Source of the DNA: Chrysomallon squamiferum
Taxonomy: Eukaryota > Animalia > Mollusca
Direction: 5' to 3'
Length of the DNA: 64,000 nt
NCBI GenBank assembly: GCA_012295275.1
Contig: CM022678.1
Location: 11,098,001 to 11,162,000 of the forward strand
Part shown: positions 28,981 through 43,126 of the stretch, one piece after another
Layout: every line of letters starts with the position of its first letter
Numbering within the stretch: the stretch's first letter is position 1
Translations under genes and position numbers: made by a program
Notes under the pieces: generated by a model
The model's input: only the letters and a program-made list of their open reading frames with translations
The model's database searches: none
What the model was told of the DNA's origin: nothing

Positions 28981-30691
28981 GAACTGAAATAAAAAATTTT
29001 TAAAATTAATTCGGTTGATAATGTCATTTCAAAAGAACAGTGTTGATACATGAAGATCATTAAGCATAGATATTTATTAACATTTGTCATTTAATTTATC
29101 ATTTGATGTTCGTAATTAATATTATAATATTAAATATTCATCGTTTTATTTAATTTTAATTACCATTAATTAATTTACGATCAGTTTATTATCAGAGAAA
29201 ACCTTTGTAATGTGATTATCTATCTTTAATTTTAACTTGATAGTAGAAAAAAGTAGTGTTATAGAAATGAAATTGAAAAGGATTTTTAAAAACATGTGCA
29301 ATTAGTTCGTAGATATTTTAATCATTCAGTAGGTTATAACAGTATCTGCTTATATGCCAGATTTGTAAATGGAAGAGCAGTTTCCTTGGCATTATTCAGT
29401 AAATTATTTTGATGCTACAGGTATAAGAAATACAAACATAGGTCAAATTTTAGTTATAAAACACACATAAAACAGAAATGAGTAGAGAAATTTGTCAGCA
29501 GAATTTTTTTTTTAATATAAACATTTAATAATGAATTTACATTCTTCTTTTTTTAGTTGTTGCTTTTTAACCTCCCTTTAATTAAGAAGAAAATGGTTAA
29601 TTTGACAAGCCACAAACCTGTGATATTTCACATAACATTTTTTTTTTTTAATCATTTACATCATCAAAACACCAAAAAAAAAAAAAAAAAAAAAATGAGG
29701 GGAACCTTTGTTTATGAATAGTCTTAAAGATTACCAACTGTTTTATTTTTTTCTTGAACTGTAGATAAATATAGACTGATTATAATTTCTGTTATGTGTG
29801 TATGTGTCTGCCTATATTTACATTGGAACAGTAAAAAAACCCCACATTGTTCTTCAGTTTAAATATCACCAACATTCGCACTTTAAAATTATTCACTTTT
29901 AGTTACTTTAATACTAGAGATCAAAGTTGTAAAATGAATTATGATCATTGACTGTTATTATTATGGTTTTCATTCGTTCACAGTTTATCATCACCTTTCT
30001 TTAAAGTAATAAGTGTTAAAATACTTGCAAATATATATATTAATGTCTTTCAGAAGGTATAAAATTGCTTGCTGATAACAAACATCCATGTTTTCTTTCT
30101 CTGTCACAACACACAAACAATATTTGAGATCTAATATATTTTAATATTTAAACGAGTTGTCGTTAAGCTTTAATTAATTAATCTGATGAATGATGAATCT
30201 TTCTCAAACTGCTCATTAGGCTACTTCCTGATGCAACCAGTGAACCCAGACTGGTTTATTAACGATGTTTGCTAATCAAATTAGTAAAAACATTTCATGG
30301 TAGGGTACAAATACGGTTTGTTCCTTGCTATATTATGTAAACTGGTGGCAAAAATGCTCTGTATGTGTCTATGCTAGAAACCATATGTTTACAATTAGTA
30401 GCAATTTGTGAGAAAAAAAATGGAATCATTATTTTGCTTCTTAATTTACCTGCTGAACAGGTTTTTCATATGTGACTATAATTTTTTATTATTATTATTA
30501 TTATCATCGTTCTTTCTATTATATTGTTATTATTTATTTTTTCATTATTATATTTATTATATTATTATTCATGTTTTTTATTTTCTTTATTAAGAATATA
30601 TTTATTAATTTCATTATTATTATTATATTTATATTTATTATATTATTATTATATTTATATTTATTATTATTATTATTACATTTTTTTGCAG

Positions 30692-30843
30692 ATGCCTCGT
30701 TCTAGGACGTACTCTAGAAGAAGGCGGAGTCCATCGTACGACAGATACGATGAACGGGAATATTACAGACACGCGAAGCGATGGAAAGGTGATTACGAGT
30801 ACGACGAGAATTCCAACCACTCCCGTCACTCCAGACATTCCAG
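30692..30843 (+). CDS. CLK: CLK/LAMMER kinase first coding exon (MPRSRTYSRRRRSPSY...HSRHSRHS), RS-rich N-terminus
   Basis: Acceptor TTTTTTTGCAG directly followed by ATG, donor AG|GTACC, 152 nt, phase 2, Arg/Ser/Tyr-rich like CLK2/Doa N-termini. Confidence 0.88.
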
Positions 30844-32165
30844 GTACCCTTTGTTTACCTTTAATTACTACTCAGGTGTTTCAACTTTTCATACATACCT
30901 TTATAACAGACTTTACTGATTTGTTTGTGTTTGATATTAAGTATTCCTAATTATAAAAAAAATGTTGATAAAGTACCAGTCTTTGTGAGGATGTTTTTTC
31001 AAGTTTGTTTTGTTTCTCTGTTAATCATTTTGTACGTAGAAATGTAAGATACATCACTGATGGATAAATAGGTTTATTATTTTTTTTAAATAATTTAGTT
31101 TTTGAATTGTTTTATTTGACTTATTTATTTAGTTTTTGAATTTGTGAATTTACAGAACAAAACAAAAATTGCTTTACTGAAATTCTTGTTTATTCAATTG
31201 TTAAATATTTTGTAATTATGAAGTATGTTTTTAATCAAGTGTTAGTATGATAATTATTCATCTATTTTGTAAATGTGCTTCTGGTTGTCTCCCCTTTGAC
31301 TAAGGTGTGACATTTTGATATATTTTTTTTTTTATTTATTTTTTTTTTTATTTTTTTTACTATGATCATTTTATTATTGTTTTTTAGTTCTATTAGTGAT
31401 ATACATCTTCAACTTTATTTTCATGTGTATTATTGTCACTGTTTTAGTTAAATTTAAATAAATCTTATTGAGATTTTTTTGCAATAAATAGATTGTTATA
31501 AACATTTTTAAAACTAAATTTTATGTCTTGAAAACTGTTTTCTGTCTTTGTAATAAACTTTGACTAAGCATAAATATTGTTACATAGTTTGGCCATTTAA
31601 ACTTCTTTTAAAGTTTTCATAATTTTTAATTTATTATATATATATATATATATAAAAATGTCCTGTTGTTAAAAAAAAAAGAAGAAAGAATAATGCAATA
31701 GTAATTGCTTAGCATATTCATTTTTGGTATATTAATTTGGTATATTAATTTCATTTTAAATTTAGGTTTGTTTTATTTCTTCTATTTTCTGTTTTTTCTT
31801 TCTTTTTAAATAAACAATTCATGCTTTGTGTCTGACTCATCTAACTGTGACCTAATCAGTATTGAGTTAGAATTTTAATTTATTCATTTTATAGAATTTA
31901 AAAATCAAAAATCAATTTGGGAATGATAATAATGTAACAAATAACATTCTAAACTGTGATGTCCAAATTACAGCCTAATCATCTCCGTTTTGAGCACTGT
32001 GCATGAAAATCAATCAAGGGACATAACTCATTTAAAAAAAATTATTATATTTTTTATTATTTTTTCATTTTTTATTTTTTTGTTTAATTAATTTAATTTG
32101 TTGTGTATGTGTACATTTTTATTATTATTATTATTATTTTTATTTTATTTTTTTCCTTTCTGCAG

Positions 32166-32391
32166 TTCTGAAAGAATTCGGAGGCACCGACAAAAGAGAT
32201 CGAAGAACGAGTACAGATCGAGGTCGAGGTCGCACACACCCTTGTCGAGCCGCCAGCGCCGAGGAAGTCACCACCACAGCAGTCACTTCCACTCAGACAG
32301 CCACCACAACAGCAGACGCGTGAGGAGGACGCGGCGGCGACGCAGACACTACAGGTCTTTTTCATCAGCATCGCGATCACGAAGCGACCCG
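32166..32391 (+). CDS. CLK: CLK RS-domain exon (SERIRRHRQK...RSRSRS...RRRRRHYRSFSSASRSRSDP)
   Basis: Acceptor TTTTTCCTTTCTGCAG, donor CCG|GTAGGC, 226 nt, phase 2/0, frame continuous with both neighbours. Confidence 0.9.
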
Positions 32392-32457
32392 GTAGGCCAC
32401 TATTCTCTGTTTTTGTAATTTCCTTGTTTTTCGTTTTCGACAGTTGGATGATAGGAA

Positions 32458-32504
<47 letters not shown>

Positions 32505-32917
32505 TATAGAGGGAGCTGCTTGGTTAGGTTTGATTAGTTGGACAGAGCTGGTTTTATTTTTTTTGTTTTTTTTAGAAATGTTTACTCATGTTGGAGGCAA
32601 GTTTACAAGGTTTTTAAAAAAAAAAAAATAATAATAATTATCGTAATATTAACTAATTAAAATTTTGAATTCTGCAATACATTTTTAAGAAAACACAAAA
32701 AAATATACATTTTTTTTAAAAATTGTTTCATTTTTATTTTTGTTTATTATCAATTTCTTATTATTTAGTCGTATTGTTTTTTTTGTTTTTATTTTTTTTT
32801 GTTGGATAAAAAGAACAGTTTTTTAATAAAAATTTTTAACAAATTCCATGAGAAAAAACATTAAAGACATTTCTAGAATGGGAAATCTATAACTCTTGTT
32901 TACTTGGTACATCCAAC

Positions 32918-32932
32918 ATGGGTACATTGCAG
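32918..32932 (+). CDS. Candidate alternative first coding exon of CLK (MGTLQ), or a cryptic donor
   Basis: AAC-ATG-G context, 5 codons, consensus donor CAG|GTAAGT, phase 0 compatible with exon 49050. Confidence 0.35.
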
Positions 32933-34818
32933 GTAAGTGATGCTCTGAATATTTTGTACACAACAATTGGCAAGCATGAGAAAAGACAAGAGAAGGCAGA
33001 GAAAAGTATTGACAAAAACAGTTAAGAAAATGTTTGTTTGAATTTTTTTCTTATGAATTTTTTCTTTAAAAAAAAAACCAAACAAAAACGAAAACTTTAA
33101 AAAGATAAAAAATCAAAAATAAATATAAAAAAAAAAAAAAATCAGTGAGGTTGAAACATTTTGATGTTAGTCAATTATTTAAAGACTTTTTTAATGTCAG
33201 ATGAACTTTAGTAAAAAAAAAAAAATAATAAAAATAAAATAAAATAGGACAATAATGAGAGTGATTAAGTTATAGGAGAAGGTTTGGGGGAAAACGTGAC
33301 TGAAAGGTCACTGGATGAAATTGTTAGCGGAATTACGTTTAAATTCAAATAGCGGTTACAGAATGTAGGCAAATTTTTACAACAGTTTGGGATTGTAAGA
33401 GAGTGATAAGTAAATTCAGTAAAAGTACATGTTTCGTGTTGTAAAAGACATTTGTGTGGCAGTTTGTAAGTTCCACACAAGTGTGTATTTTTATTACACG
33501 GAGGTACGTGAAAACCAAGCAGTAAAATCTAGAAATTGGCTTGTTACTGCATGGAATTTGTAACGAGTCTTTTTGTAACGGTTTTTATGTTCAAGATTGT
33601 TACAGCAAGCAGTTTTAGACTTTTGTGAGAGGAGTGTTGTAAAGAAAAAGTTATTGTTGTAAGGATTTTGTGATGTAATTTTTACAGAAAAGTTGTGACA
33701 TCGGAGTAACAGGATTTTTACAGTGATGAGCAAGGGGAAAAAATGTGAACATTTGTGTTTATAAGATGTGGAAATGTGTGGAGTTCTGATGTGAAAACAA
33801 AATTATTTTATTTTATTTTATTTTATTTTATTTTATTTTATTTTATTTTATTTATTTATTTATTTATTTTTGTTCTTTTTGTTGAGGAATCCTATGAATA
33901 TTTTTGCTCAGATGATTCTGTTATTTAATCTTTAAGTGATAGCACTTAAAAGGAATCATTTGGACTATTAACAGAAATGAAACTTGGAGTAAAAGATACT
34001 CAAAAGTAGAAAGATCCATTTTATTTTCGTATTTCAAATTTTTTTAGGATGATGTGATAAATCTCACAATTAGTTGTATTGGAAAATCTAGTTTGACGAA
34101 ATCGCTCAGTGCAGCGAATTAAGAGATTGATGACATTATGCTACTTATTGTTAGATGAACATTAGTTTGCATTGCTACATCTGAGCAACTTCTTATTATT
34201 CGTCTGGAATTTAGTAACAACACACTATTTTGATTCAAATTGTAACGGGGAAATTAAAGAAGTAAAATGTTTTATTGTTAAACTTTTGGTGTCACATGAT
34301 CGAATGCCTCAAACAGCTCAACTTCAGATGCGATGGACTATTTGAGGGTTTTTATTTATAATTCACCTAACTTAGGATTGGGAAAGTGTTTGAGGTGTAG
34401 CAATACCTACTAATGTTCACCTGACTTTGTTGTTTTAAGGGTGTGTACAAGTTATTGATTCTTTTGTGTGTATGAATACTACATATTTTGAAAGTGAGTC
34501 TTTTTTACTGAATCTCAATGTTCGTTGTATGTAAATAATTAAAGTGTTAATTAGATTTTACCTGTGTAGGTGTGATACTGAGCTAGGTGGTGGTGTTGTG
34601 ATGTGCAGGTATCAGTTGAAAGTTTAAACGTGTTAGTTACAGTTTAACCAGACTTGAACAGAGAACACCATTGTGTTTCAAGCAGATTATTAGTTCAGAG
34701 GTCATCTTTGTTAAATATTCATTTAACTTATTCCTTTGTGTAAGTTTATATAAGCTAATGTAATCAGTAAGTGTGTATGAGTTTGTTTTTATGAATGAAT
34801 GATTGTTGTGTCTTTGAG

Positions 34819-34862
<44 letters not shown>

Positions 34863-35070
34863 ACACATACTTGTGTTATTTATTGTTCATCTTTAAATTT
34901 TTATTTTTTATGTTTTGGAAGAAATCATCAGTAAGAGAGAATGATCTTAACTTTTTAAATATAAACACAGGTGAACACACATCTGATAGTATTGCATAAC
35001 AAAATAAACATGTTATAACTATATATATACATTCATTCTTCAAGTCTGTAGCTACTATCATTTACTGCAC

Positions 35071-35260
35071 CATTCAGAAGTATCCATTTTAGTACCAGTT
35101 AGAAATATCTTACACTATATCATTCAGAAGAATCCATATTAGAACCAGTCATTATTTTATCTGATTGTACCATTCAGAAGTATCCATTTTAGAACCAGTC
35201 ATTATTTTATCTGATTGTACCATTTAGAACTATCCGTTTTAGTACCAGTCATTATTTTAT
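35071..35260. repeat. 50-bp tandem repeat, ~4 copies (cattcagaagtatccattttagaaccagtcattattttatctgattgtac)
   Basis: Units start at 35071, 35121, 35171 and 35221. Confidence 0.9.
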
Positions 35261-36042
35261 CAATGATCTTGAATTACTTCGATTCATTTCCACAATTTGA
35301 TTCATTTCCATCAATTTTTGTTGATCCAGAAATGATTTGAATTAAATTTCAGAACTTTTTAAAATTCTCTTTGATAAACAAATTTATTGTCATCATTTGC
35401 TGTTTGGTGCTGTGCCAGTTGGAAACGATTTGATAAATTGCAGTATTTTAATATGTGAGTTTGTTTGTTTGTGTTTTATGTGTGTTGTTTTTGATAAATG
35501 CTGTAATATTTCACTTGAAGCTGCTGCCTGGGGCACTATGTCCAGTCAGGCCATTTATCTGAAGTACACATTTTATTTATATGTTGTTGTGTGCATATTG
35601 GCAACATCTGTTTTAAGAAAGGAAACAAGTTTTCTTTTGTTAATGGAGAAATGAAAAATAATATAAAATTTGTATTTCAAAACAATGGTTTAAGTATCAG
35701 CATCTTCATCATCATCTTTGTCATCATCATCATGATTATTAGTGGATACTGTAGTCATTCAGTTTATATATATTTACTTAAATCTATTTATTTACAGTTC
35801 AAACATATTTTTTCTTTATTAAAAATAATTTATTTAAATGGTATACAATGTACATTTATTAAAAATAATTTATCTTAAATTATATACATTTATTAAAAAT
35901 TATTTTAAATTATATGCATTTATTAAAAATTATTCATTTTAAATTATGCATTTATTACTCTACATTTCAACTGTTATTTTGTTGACTGAAATTTTTTAAT
36001 CAATCATAAAAATAAAACAACTGTGTGTGTATGTATGTTTGT

Positions 36043-36084
<42 letters not shown>

Positions 36085-36738
36085 CCACAAACAATAAACA
36101 ATGAACAATTAAACATGACAAATTCCTCTTTGGTGCACAGAGTAGTTTGAAACAAAACACCGCTTAAATAATTCTCAAGTGTAGGGGCGGCTTCCACATT
36201 ACAATGGTTGTGTTTGCCTGCTGCTACGATGTTGGGGTTGGTAGGTCACCTGACAACCTCCAGGGTCACTGAGAGACAGACCCAGCCCTGTTGACAGCCA
36301 GGGCCAACCAGACTGAATCACTGGATCGTTCCATTCTGTCCTCAGATACGAATTAGTTTATTGATCGGACCAAGCCAATTTTGGTAGCTGCATTTTGTTG
36401 AGGAATCTAACATCTCTGTGGATTATTATTTTTTTTTCAAATGTGTTTGATACACGGAATTGACCATTTAGTTAAACGGAGGAAGTAGTAGTAGCAGAGG
36501 ATTGATGCGGTGGTGTTTTCTGTCAAAGTGGTCTGTGGTTTTTTTTGGTGTTTTTTTTTTTGCTGAATTCCTGGATGTTATATTGTGAGTTTGTGAAATA
36601 GTGCTTTTCTGTGGTTAAAACTCCAAATAGTGGAATCAGTTTTCTTATGAGTTTTGTGTGAAATTTGAAGATTCTTCAGTAAATTTGTATAGTGTAATTA
36701 ATTCCTGTTTTAATTTATTAAATTTATGGTAGTTCTGG

Positions 36739-36816
<78 letters not shown>

Positions 36817-37839
36817 AGTATCATTCTCTCTTCTTTTTTTTTGGAATTAATGATGTTTCATTTCAGTTTTTATTTTTCTAAATTTGTGAAAGTTCTAAAT
36901 TTTGGGAATAATCTATCGCAACAAAAATGTTGCATGTTTATTCTGAGAAGAAATATGTATGATAAAAAATTAAATATTTATATTGTGAAATTTAAAATTT
37001 CAATAATTTCTGCCAATAGTGGACTATTATTAATTTATTTAATACTGTACAATTAACATAACTACCAGATACATTTTTTTTCTTTTAGTTTTTTCTAATT
37101 GTGATTTATATAATACATATAATTTTACTTTTATGAGACTACTAATATTTTTATATTTTTTGATATTTATATTAACACATACTGTTATTATGGATATAGT
37201 AATATTCTGGGTCTGGGATTTGAGGTTTCAGTATAATGTATTCATCTTTCTCTGCATTCTAACTGGAGAAAACAAAACAAAACTAAACAAAAAAAATATG
37301 CAAAATGATATTTGTATTTGTTGAATTGGAAAAAATCTGCATGGTAACTAAAACTGTTCCATTCAAGTATTTGTTAGAGCAGGGTAACTTTAGAAAACAA
37401 TTTAAACAGTTTGTTCCAAAATACTTTGTAACTTTAGAAATTGCAGAAAATTATTTATTAAATGAATATTAAAAAACAAAAGAAGAAATGGGAAAACATT
37501 ATTCTAAATAATAAAACGTTTCATTATTTTGCAATATTTATTAAAACATTTCATATTCTTTTATTAAAATGTATTATTGTTATTATTATCATTATTATTA
37601 TTATTATTATTAAAATTTATTTAAAGCCTCAGTTAGGTCATAAAGGGTATTGTAATTGTAAAACATCACTGACTTGCAATTTGGTGACAAGATTTCTTAA
37701 CCTTGTATTGGTTTTATGATTTGATCTTCTAAGTAATCTTGTCATTATCTGATAGGGTTGTGATTATTTTAATGTTAATTTCTTAATTATAATACTGGTA
37801 ATGAAAACTTGAATAAATATATTCGCCTAACTTCATCAA

Positions 37840-38680
37840 TAGTTAACAATACTAGTTTCAGCAGTTTTTCTAATTCTAGTTTCAGCAGTTACTAATACTA
37901 GGTTTAGCAGAGTTAATTAATGTTAGTAATATTAAAACTAGTTTCAACAGTTAATAATACTAGTTTTGGCAGTTAATAATACTAGTTTTAGCAAAATTAA
38001 TTAGTACTAGCTTTGGCAAAATTAATTAATACTAGTTTTGGCAATTAATAATACTAGTTTTGGCAAAATTAATTAATACTAGTTTTGGCAAAATTAATTA
38101 ATACTAGTTTTGGCAATTAATAATACTAGTTTCGGCAGTTAATAATACTAGGTTTAACTAATGCTAGTTATAGTATTACTAGTTTCAGCAGTTAATAATA
38201 CTAGGTTTAACTAATGCTAGTTATATTGGTACTAGTTTCAGCAGTTAATAATACTAGGTTTAACTAATGCTAGTTATATTGGTACTAGTTTCAGCAGGTT
38301 TAACTAATGCTAGTTATATTGGTACTAGTTTCAGCAGTTTAAACTAATACTAGTTTAGGTTTAATAGAGGTTTTAAAGTTACATTAGTACTAGTTTCAGC
38401 AGTTAATAATACTAGGTTTAACTAATGCTAGTTATATTGGTACTAGTTTCAGCAGTTAATAATACTAGGTTTAGCAGAGTTAATTAATGTTAGTAATATT
38501 ATTACTAGTTTCAACAGTTAATAATACTAGTTTAGGCAGTTAATAATACTAGTTTCAGCAGTTAATAATACTAGGTTTAACTAATGCTAGTTATATTGTT
38601 ACTAGTTTTGGCAGTTAATACTAGGTTTAACTAATGCTAGTTATATTAGTTTCATTCACACTAAACAATTAATAATACTG
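37840..38680. repeat. Compound minisatellite built on actagtttcagcagttaataat (~22 bp) with a ~53-bp higher-order unit
   Basis: Read directly; many ACTAGT palindromes. Confidence 0.9.
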
Positions 38681-39109
38681 GCTTTCCTGTGACCTTGTGT
38701 CTGTCATCCTACTTGTGGTTGTTGTGCAGAAGATAAAATCAAACCACAATTCCCTAATGACTGCGAGGTCATTGTCAGTAATTATCAGGGAAAGTAGCCA
38801 TTAATTTTCTTCTTCTGTTGGGATTTGTGCGTTTGGAGTGGTTAATGTTCTGGGAAATAAACTGTTATTGTTTTTTATTTTACGTCTGTGAATTGCTCAA
38901 AGCACATAGCCCATTCAGACTATTACTGTTTGCTTGTTTGTTAATTTATATTGTCTTTCAGATCTTCAGGTTAAAAAATACATCATTATATATATGTCTA
39001 CCAGTTTGTCTGTAATTCGTACATACATGCATATATACAACAAACATACATACATATAAACATGTACGTAAATATTAAAATACATAAATACACACACACA
39101 CACACACAG

Positions 39110-39141
<32 letters not shown>

Positions 39142-40299
39142 AAACATATTCACGTATTTATAACAAAGATAAGAAGTGTAGCTGCAGATGAAAACAGCTA
39201 CGTAGATAAACGAGACAGACGGCCACACACACACAAACAACAGTAAAAATACACATGACATCAGAAACAGGACAGTTGGTAATTAATGCTGTACTGATTG
39301 TGTTACTAAGTCACTGTGTACACATTAAATTCCACACATAGTTGTAACATTACCTGACAATTGCTGTATCCAGTTTTCTCTCTGTGGTTAACTGCATGAA
39401 AAACATACATACACATTACCCTGTATAAATAACAAAAATAAAATGATCTTTAACTTAAAAAAATGATGATGATGATGATTTTTATCATTTAAATGTATAT
39501 ATATATATATACATGACAAAGTATAATAGTTCCACACAAATATCATATTTTCATGCTTTATTATCATAAAAGATTGGTATTGAAAAACAATTACAAAATA
39601 TGTTTTTGCTATCTGAACTCATCATCATCATCATCATGTATACATGTTTGGCTAAGAAATAATTTCACCCATGAGATTAGTGGATATTTACGAAACCATT
39701 TTCATTTTGGTGTTAACAACAATAAACATGGCAGACACAAGATGAGGCAGGAAACGGGAAAAATTGATAGTTTTTTTTTTTTATAAGAGATTTTCTACAA
39801 ACTGGTATTGTTCATGAAAAATTCATTTATTCATTTTATTCATTTTTATATTTAGATTTATTCCAGTTTGTTTATTTTTAATATACTGTATTTTACAAGA
39901 CATTGCTTCTACATTAAGATTTATATTTATAATTTACATTTTTAAAAATGTTTTTTTTACTTCAATTAAGTTCACATATTTCACATTTTTTATATCTGCT
40001 TTAACCAATTTCCTTTCTTCTTTCTAAAGCATCATTTTCTTGATTAAGTTTTTCTTCTTTTTCTTAGTATTATTATTGTTGTTGTTGTTGTTGTTCCTAA
40101 TTCCCCAGTTTCTTGTTTCTGAACGAGTTTAGTTTATGAACTACTAACAAGGTATCACGTAGGCACTTTATTTTGGTTTTAATTTCACCTGTGCCTGTTC
40201 AACATTTCACTGTCATAAGATGTTATCACCTGGTTCAAATATAGGTTAATGTGTTTAAACAGAGACTTAGAGTTAGACAGGATTATAGAGATTAAAAAA

Positions 40300-41555
40300 T
40301 GTTAAATAAAACATGTCAGTTGGAACACTGACATATTACAGTGGTTTAGATTAAAACACCAGAACATTCACACATTATAGTATTGTAGAAGAATGATTTT
40401 ATAATAACTGAAACTCATGAAGAATTAGATAAATAAATAAATATATATATGTAATGTCTTCTTTATTGGAACAGTATTTCTTGTTGCAGTGGCTAAGATT
40501 TGTATATGATTACGGATTAGATTAGAAAAATGTTAAATAAAATGACTTTTGGAACATGTACACATTATAGTGGTTTGGAAAAATATTCTTTTAATAGCAG
40601 TAACTCGATAAATATATTAAAAAAATATATATAAAATGTTTTTGTTGGAATATATACATTGTGTAGTCATTTAGATAAATATATTCAAAAAATATAAATA
40701 AAATTTCTTTATTGGAACATTTACCGGTCATAGTGAATTAGACTTACAAAGGCATAGTCATTTAAAAAAAAAAACTTCATTTAATGAAATGTGTTTATAG
40801 GAACATGTACACATTTAGTAGTGGCTTGGGTTACAAAGAGAGAATAAAGAAATAAAGAAACATTACATAAGATGTGGGTTTTTTTAAATTATTCACATGG
40901 AAAATAATCACTTTTAACAGTAGCTGAGGTTTGTATAGGATTTGAAACATTAAATAAAATTTGTCTTTATTGGAACATTTGAATATTTTATAGTGGGTTA
41001 GATAGGAAAGATTTAAAAAAAAAATGTATTTAAATAAAATTTGTCTTTATAGGAACATTTGAACATTTTATAGTGGTTTAAGATAAGAAAGATTAAAATA
41101 AATGTATCAAATAAAATTCGACTTTATTAGAACATTCGACATGGCTGAAATTACATAACATTAGAAAGACAAGAAAACACTTGGAAAAAATAAATAAATG
41201 TATTGGAAAACATTCACATTGGAGCATCCCACTTTTTATAATGGTTGTTATTTGTTTTGTTGCATTAAAAAGATTTATAAACAAATCAATAACGTAAATT
41301 AAAAAAAAAAACAATAAATAAATAAAATATTTGTTTATTGTAACATTTGCTTGTTTTATGGTGGCCTAGTAATGTATAGGACTGGAAAGAATTAAAGAAT
41401 ATATAAAAAAAACAACAACTAAAAAACATTAAATAAAATATTTGTTTATTGTAACATTTGCACATTTTATGTTGGCCTAGTAATGTATAGGACTGGAAAG
41501 AATTAAAGAATAAAAAAAACAACAACAACAACAACAACTAAAAAGCATTAAATAA
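40300..41555. repeat. Old degenerate repeat (ttaaataaaat..ctttattggaacatt..tagtggtttagat) ending in a recent 111-bp tandem duplication (41321-41555)
   Basis: Recurring motif blocks; near-identical units start at 41321 and 41432. Confidence 0.7.
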
Positions 41556-41639
41556 ATTGTGTGTTTATCAGACAAATCTTACACTACTAAACAATTTTAA
41601 ACTGTAACCACTTCAGACTGTAACATATCAAACCTGTAA

Positions 41640-41905
41640 CTGAAGTGTAGACATACACTTCAGTGTGCAGAACTGAAGTCTTGTAGGTTGGTGGATCAAA
41701 TCTCTACAACATCCATTACAGTTATTTTAGTTAATGTCAGTGCTTTCAGCTAATTTACAACTGTGGTATGTTTTAGTATGCAAAAAAGTAGATAATGGTA
41801 TCTTGCTGATAAGCAGTAAAAGATGTTTCACTGTGGAACATCAGGTTTCACCTCAGTTGTTGTAAACATTCATATTTAATAACAGTTAATAATAAAATGT
41901 TCCAT
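41640..41905 (+). mobile_element. Highly decayed SINE relic, possibly the same family as 22075-22325
   Basis: Ordered motifs ggatcaaatc (B-box-like), ctgtggtatgt, tcttgctgataa, ggtttcacctc and ataaaatgt. Confidence 0.35.
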
Positions 41906-41961
41906 TTTGATTCTTCTTTGATAATTTTTCAGAGATTGTCTTTTTTTTCTTTATTTTTTGT

Positions 41962-41994
<33 letters not shown>

Positions 41995-42589
41995 GTTATT
42001 GTTTTGTTTTTATTTTTTTATTTTGTTTCAGTGCAATAATTTTTTTTTTTTTTTTTCATTTGATCATTTAAATTAGCCTTTATTTGTATTCTGTCCTGGA
42101 AGAATTCCTATTATTTGAAATGCTCCATTTATTGTTATTATTATTATTATTATTATTATTAATATTATTAAAATGAAATATTGTTCTATAAACATTTGTT
42201 TCTGAAAGAGAAGTTTGGTTACATGATGTGGGATCATCACTAATCACATCACTAATTGATTGATTTGCACTGTGTAAGTGAATTACCTAACCAAGTTTTC
42301 TACGTCTTAGTAATTGTGTTAGTTGTGTGTCTAATGATGTCACAAAGTGTGTTGATGCCAGTGTAGGTGCTGTTGTTGTCTAGTCATTCAGGTAGAATCA
42401 TTCCCTAACCATCTGATAAATCTTCGTTTCCGGGGCAGGTCCAGTCTGTTGTCAGGGGTTGTCAGTCAGTTGGTTTAATGTTTCAATTTGCGTTAACCTC
42501 TTTTGTTACCACTGATAGGTTCTACGAGTGTAAGTAGTCTCTCCGGTGACTTTTTCCTGCCCAAACTGTGCTCTTAAGCTGACCTATGG

Positions 42590-42625
42590 GAAATCGGAAG
42601 TGAACAGGAAGTGGTGTATAATGAC
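42590..42625 (+). promoter_or_regulatory. Tandem ETS sites, candidate internal CLK promoter
   Basis: CGGAAGTG (42595-42602) and CAGGAAGTG (42605-42613) lie at the start of a GC/CpG-richer island that ends in a strong donor at 43210. Confidence 0.45.
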
Positions 42626-42964
42626 AAGTTTTTAAATCATTAAACTGTGGGACAGAGTTTGTAAAATGAATGTGGTCGTTAACGAATTAATTCCAACGAA
42701 GAACTGAGAAGTGAATACTGCAGCTGATGAAAAGTTACTGAAAATAAAGAAAAAGAAAAACCAGTGCAGTTGTTGTGGGAGATAAGTAAAGATACATAAA
42801 CAGAGAGATTTCTCTCTTCCTTCCACCCTCTTGAAAGTCCTGTGATTGCTCATCATGGAACATTCCAGCTGACTGAGGAATTTGTGTGAGTACAGAGAAC
42901 ATGTGGCCCCCATCTCTGTGTGTAATCCAAACCCGCGCTATTAATAGACTGGCTGCAGTGGGGG

Positions 42965-43111
42965 ATGGGGTTTGATTCTCCCCATGTCCTGCTGTTGCTG
43001 CTGCTGCTGCTGCTGACTGCTGGTGCTGGCAATTGCAGGCCGGTTGCCAGAGAAAGTGCTGCGCCGGGTGAAGAAAGTGATTGCAGTGTTGAGACAGCCG
43101 CCTGCCTCTAG
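42965..43111 (+). CDS. 48-aa small ORF with signal-peptide-like N-terminus (MGFDSPHVLLLLLLLLLTAGAGNCRPVARESAAPGEESDCSVETAACL*)
   Basis: Manual translation; GGG-ATG-G context. In frame with the ATG at 43127. The Leu run is encoded by a CTG repeat. Confidence 0.3.
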   Translation: MGFDSPHVLLLLLLLLLTAGAGNCRPVARESAAPGEESDCSVETAACL

Positions 43112-43126
43112 CCTGGCAGTGGAGAG

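Noticed and set aside
33265-33352. Short frame VIGEGLGENV... resembling a kinase Gly loop
   Set aside because: Bounded by stops, no acceptor, and no GxGxFG or downstream kinase motifs.
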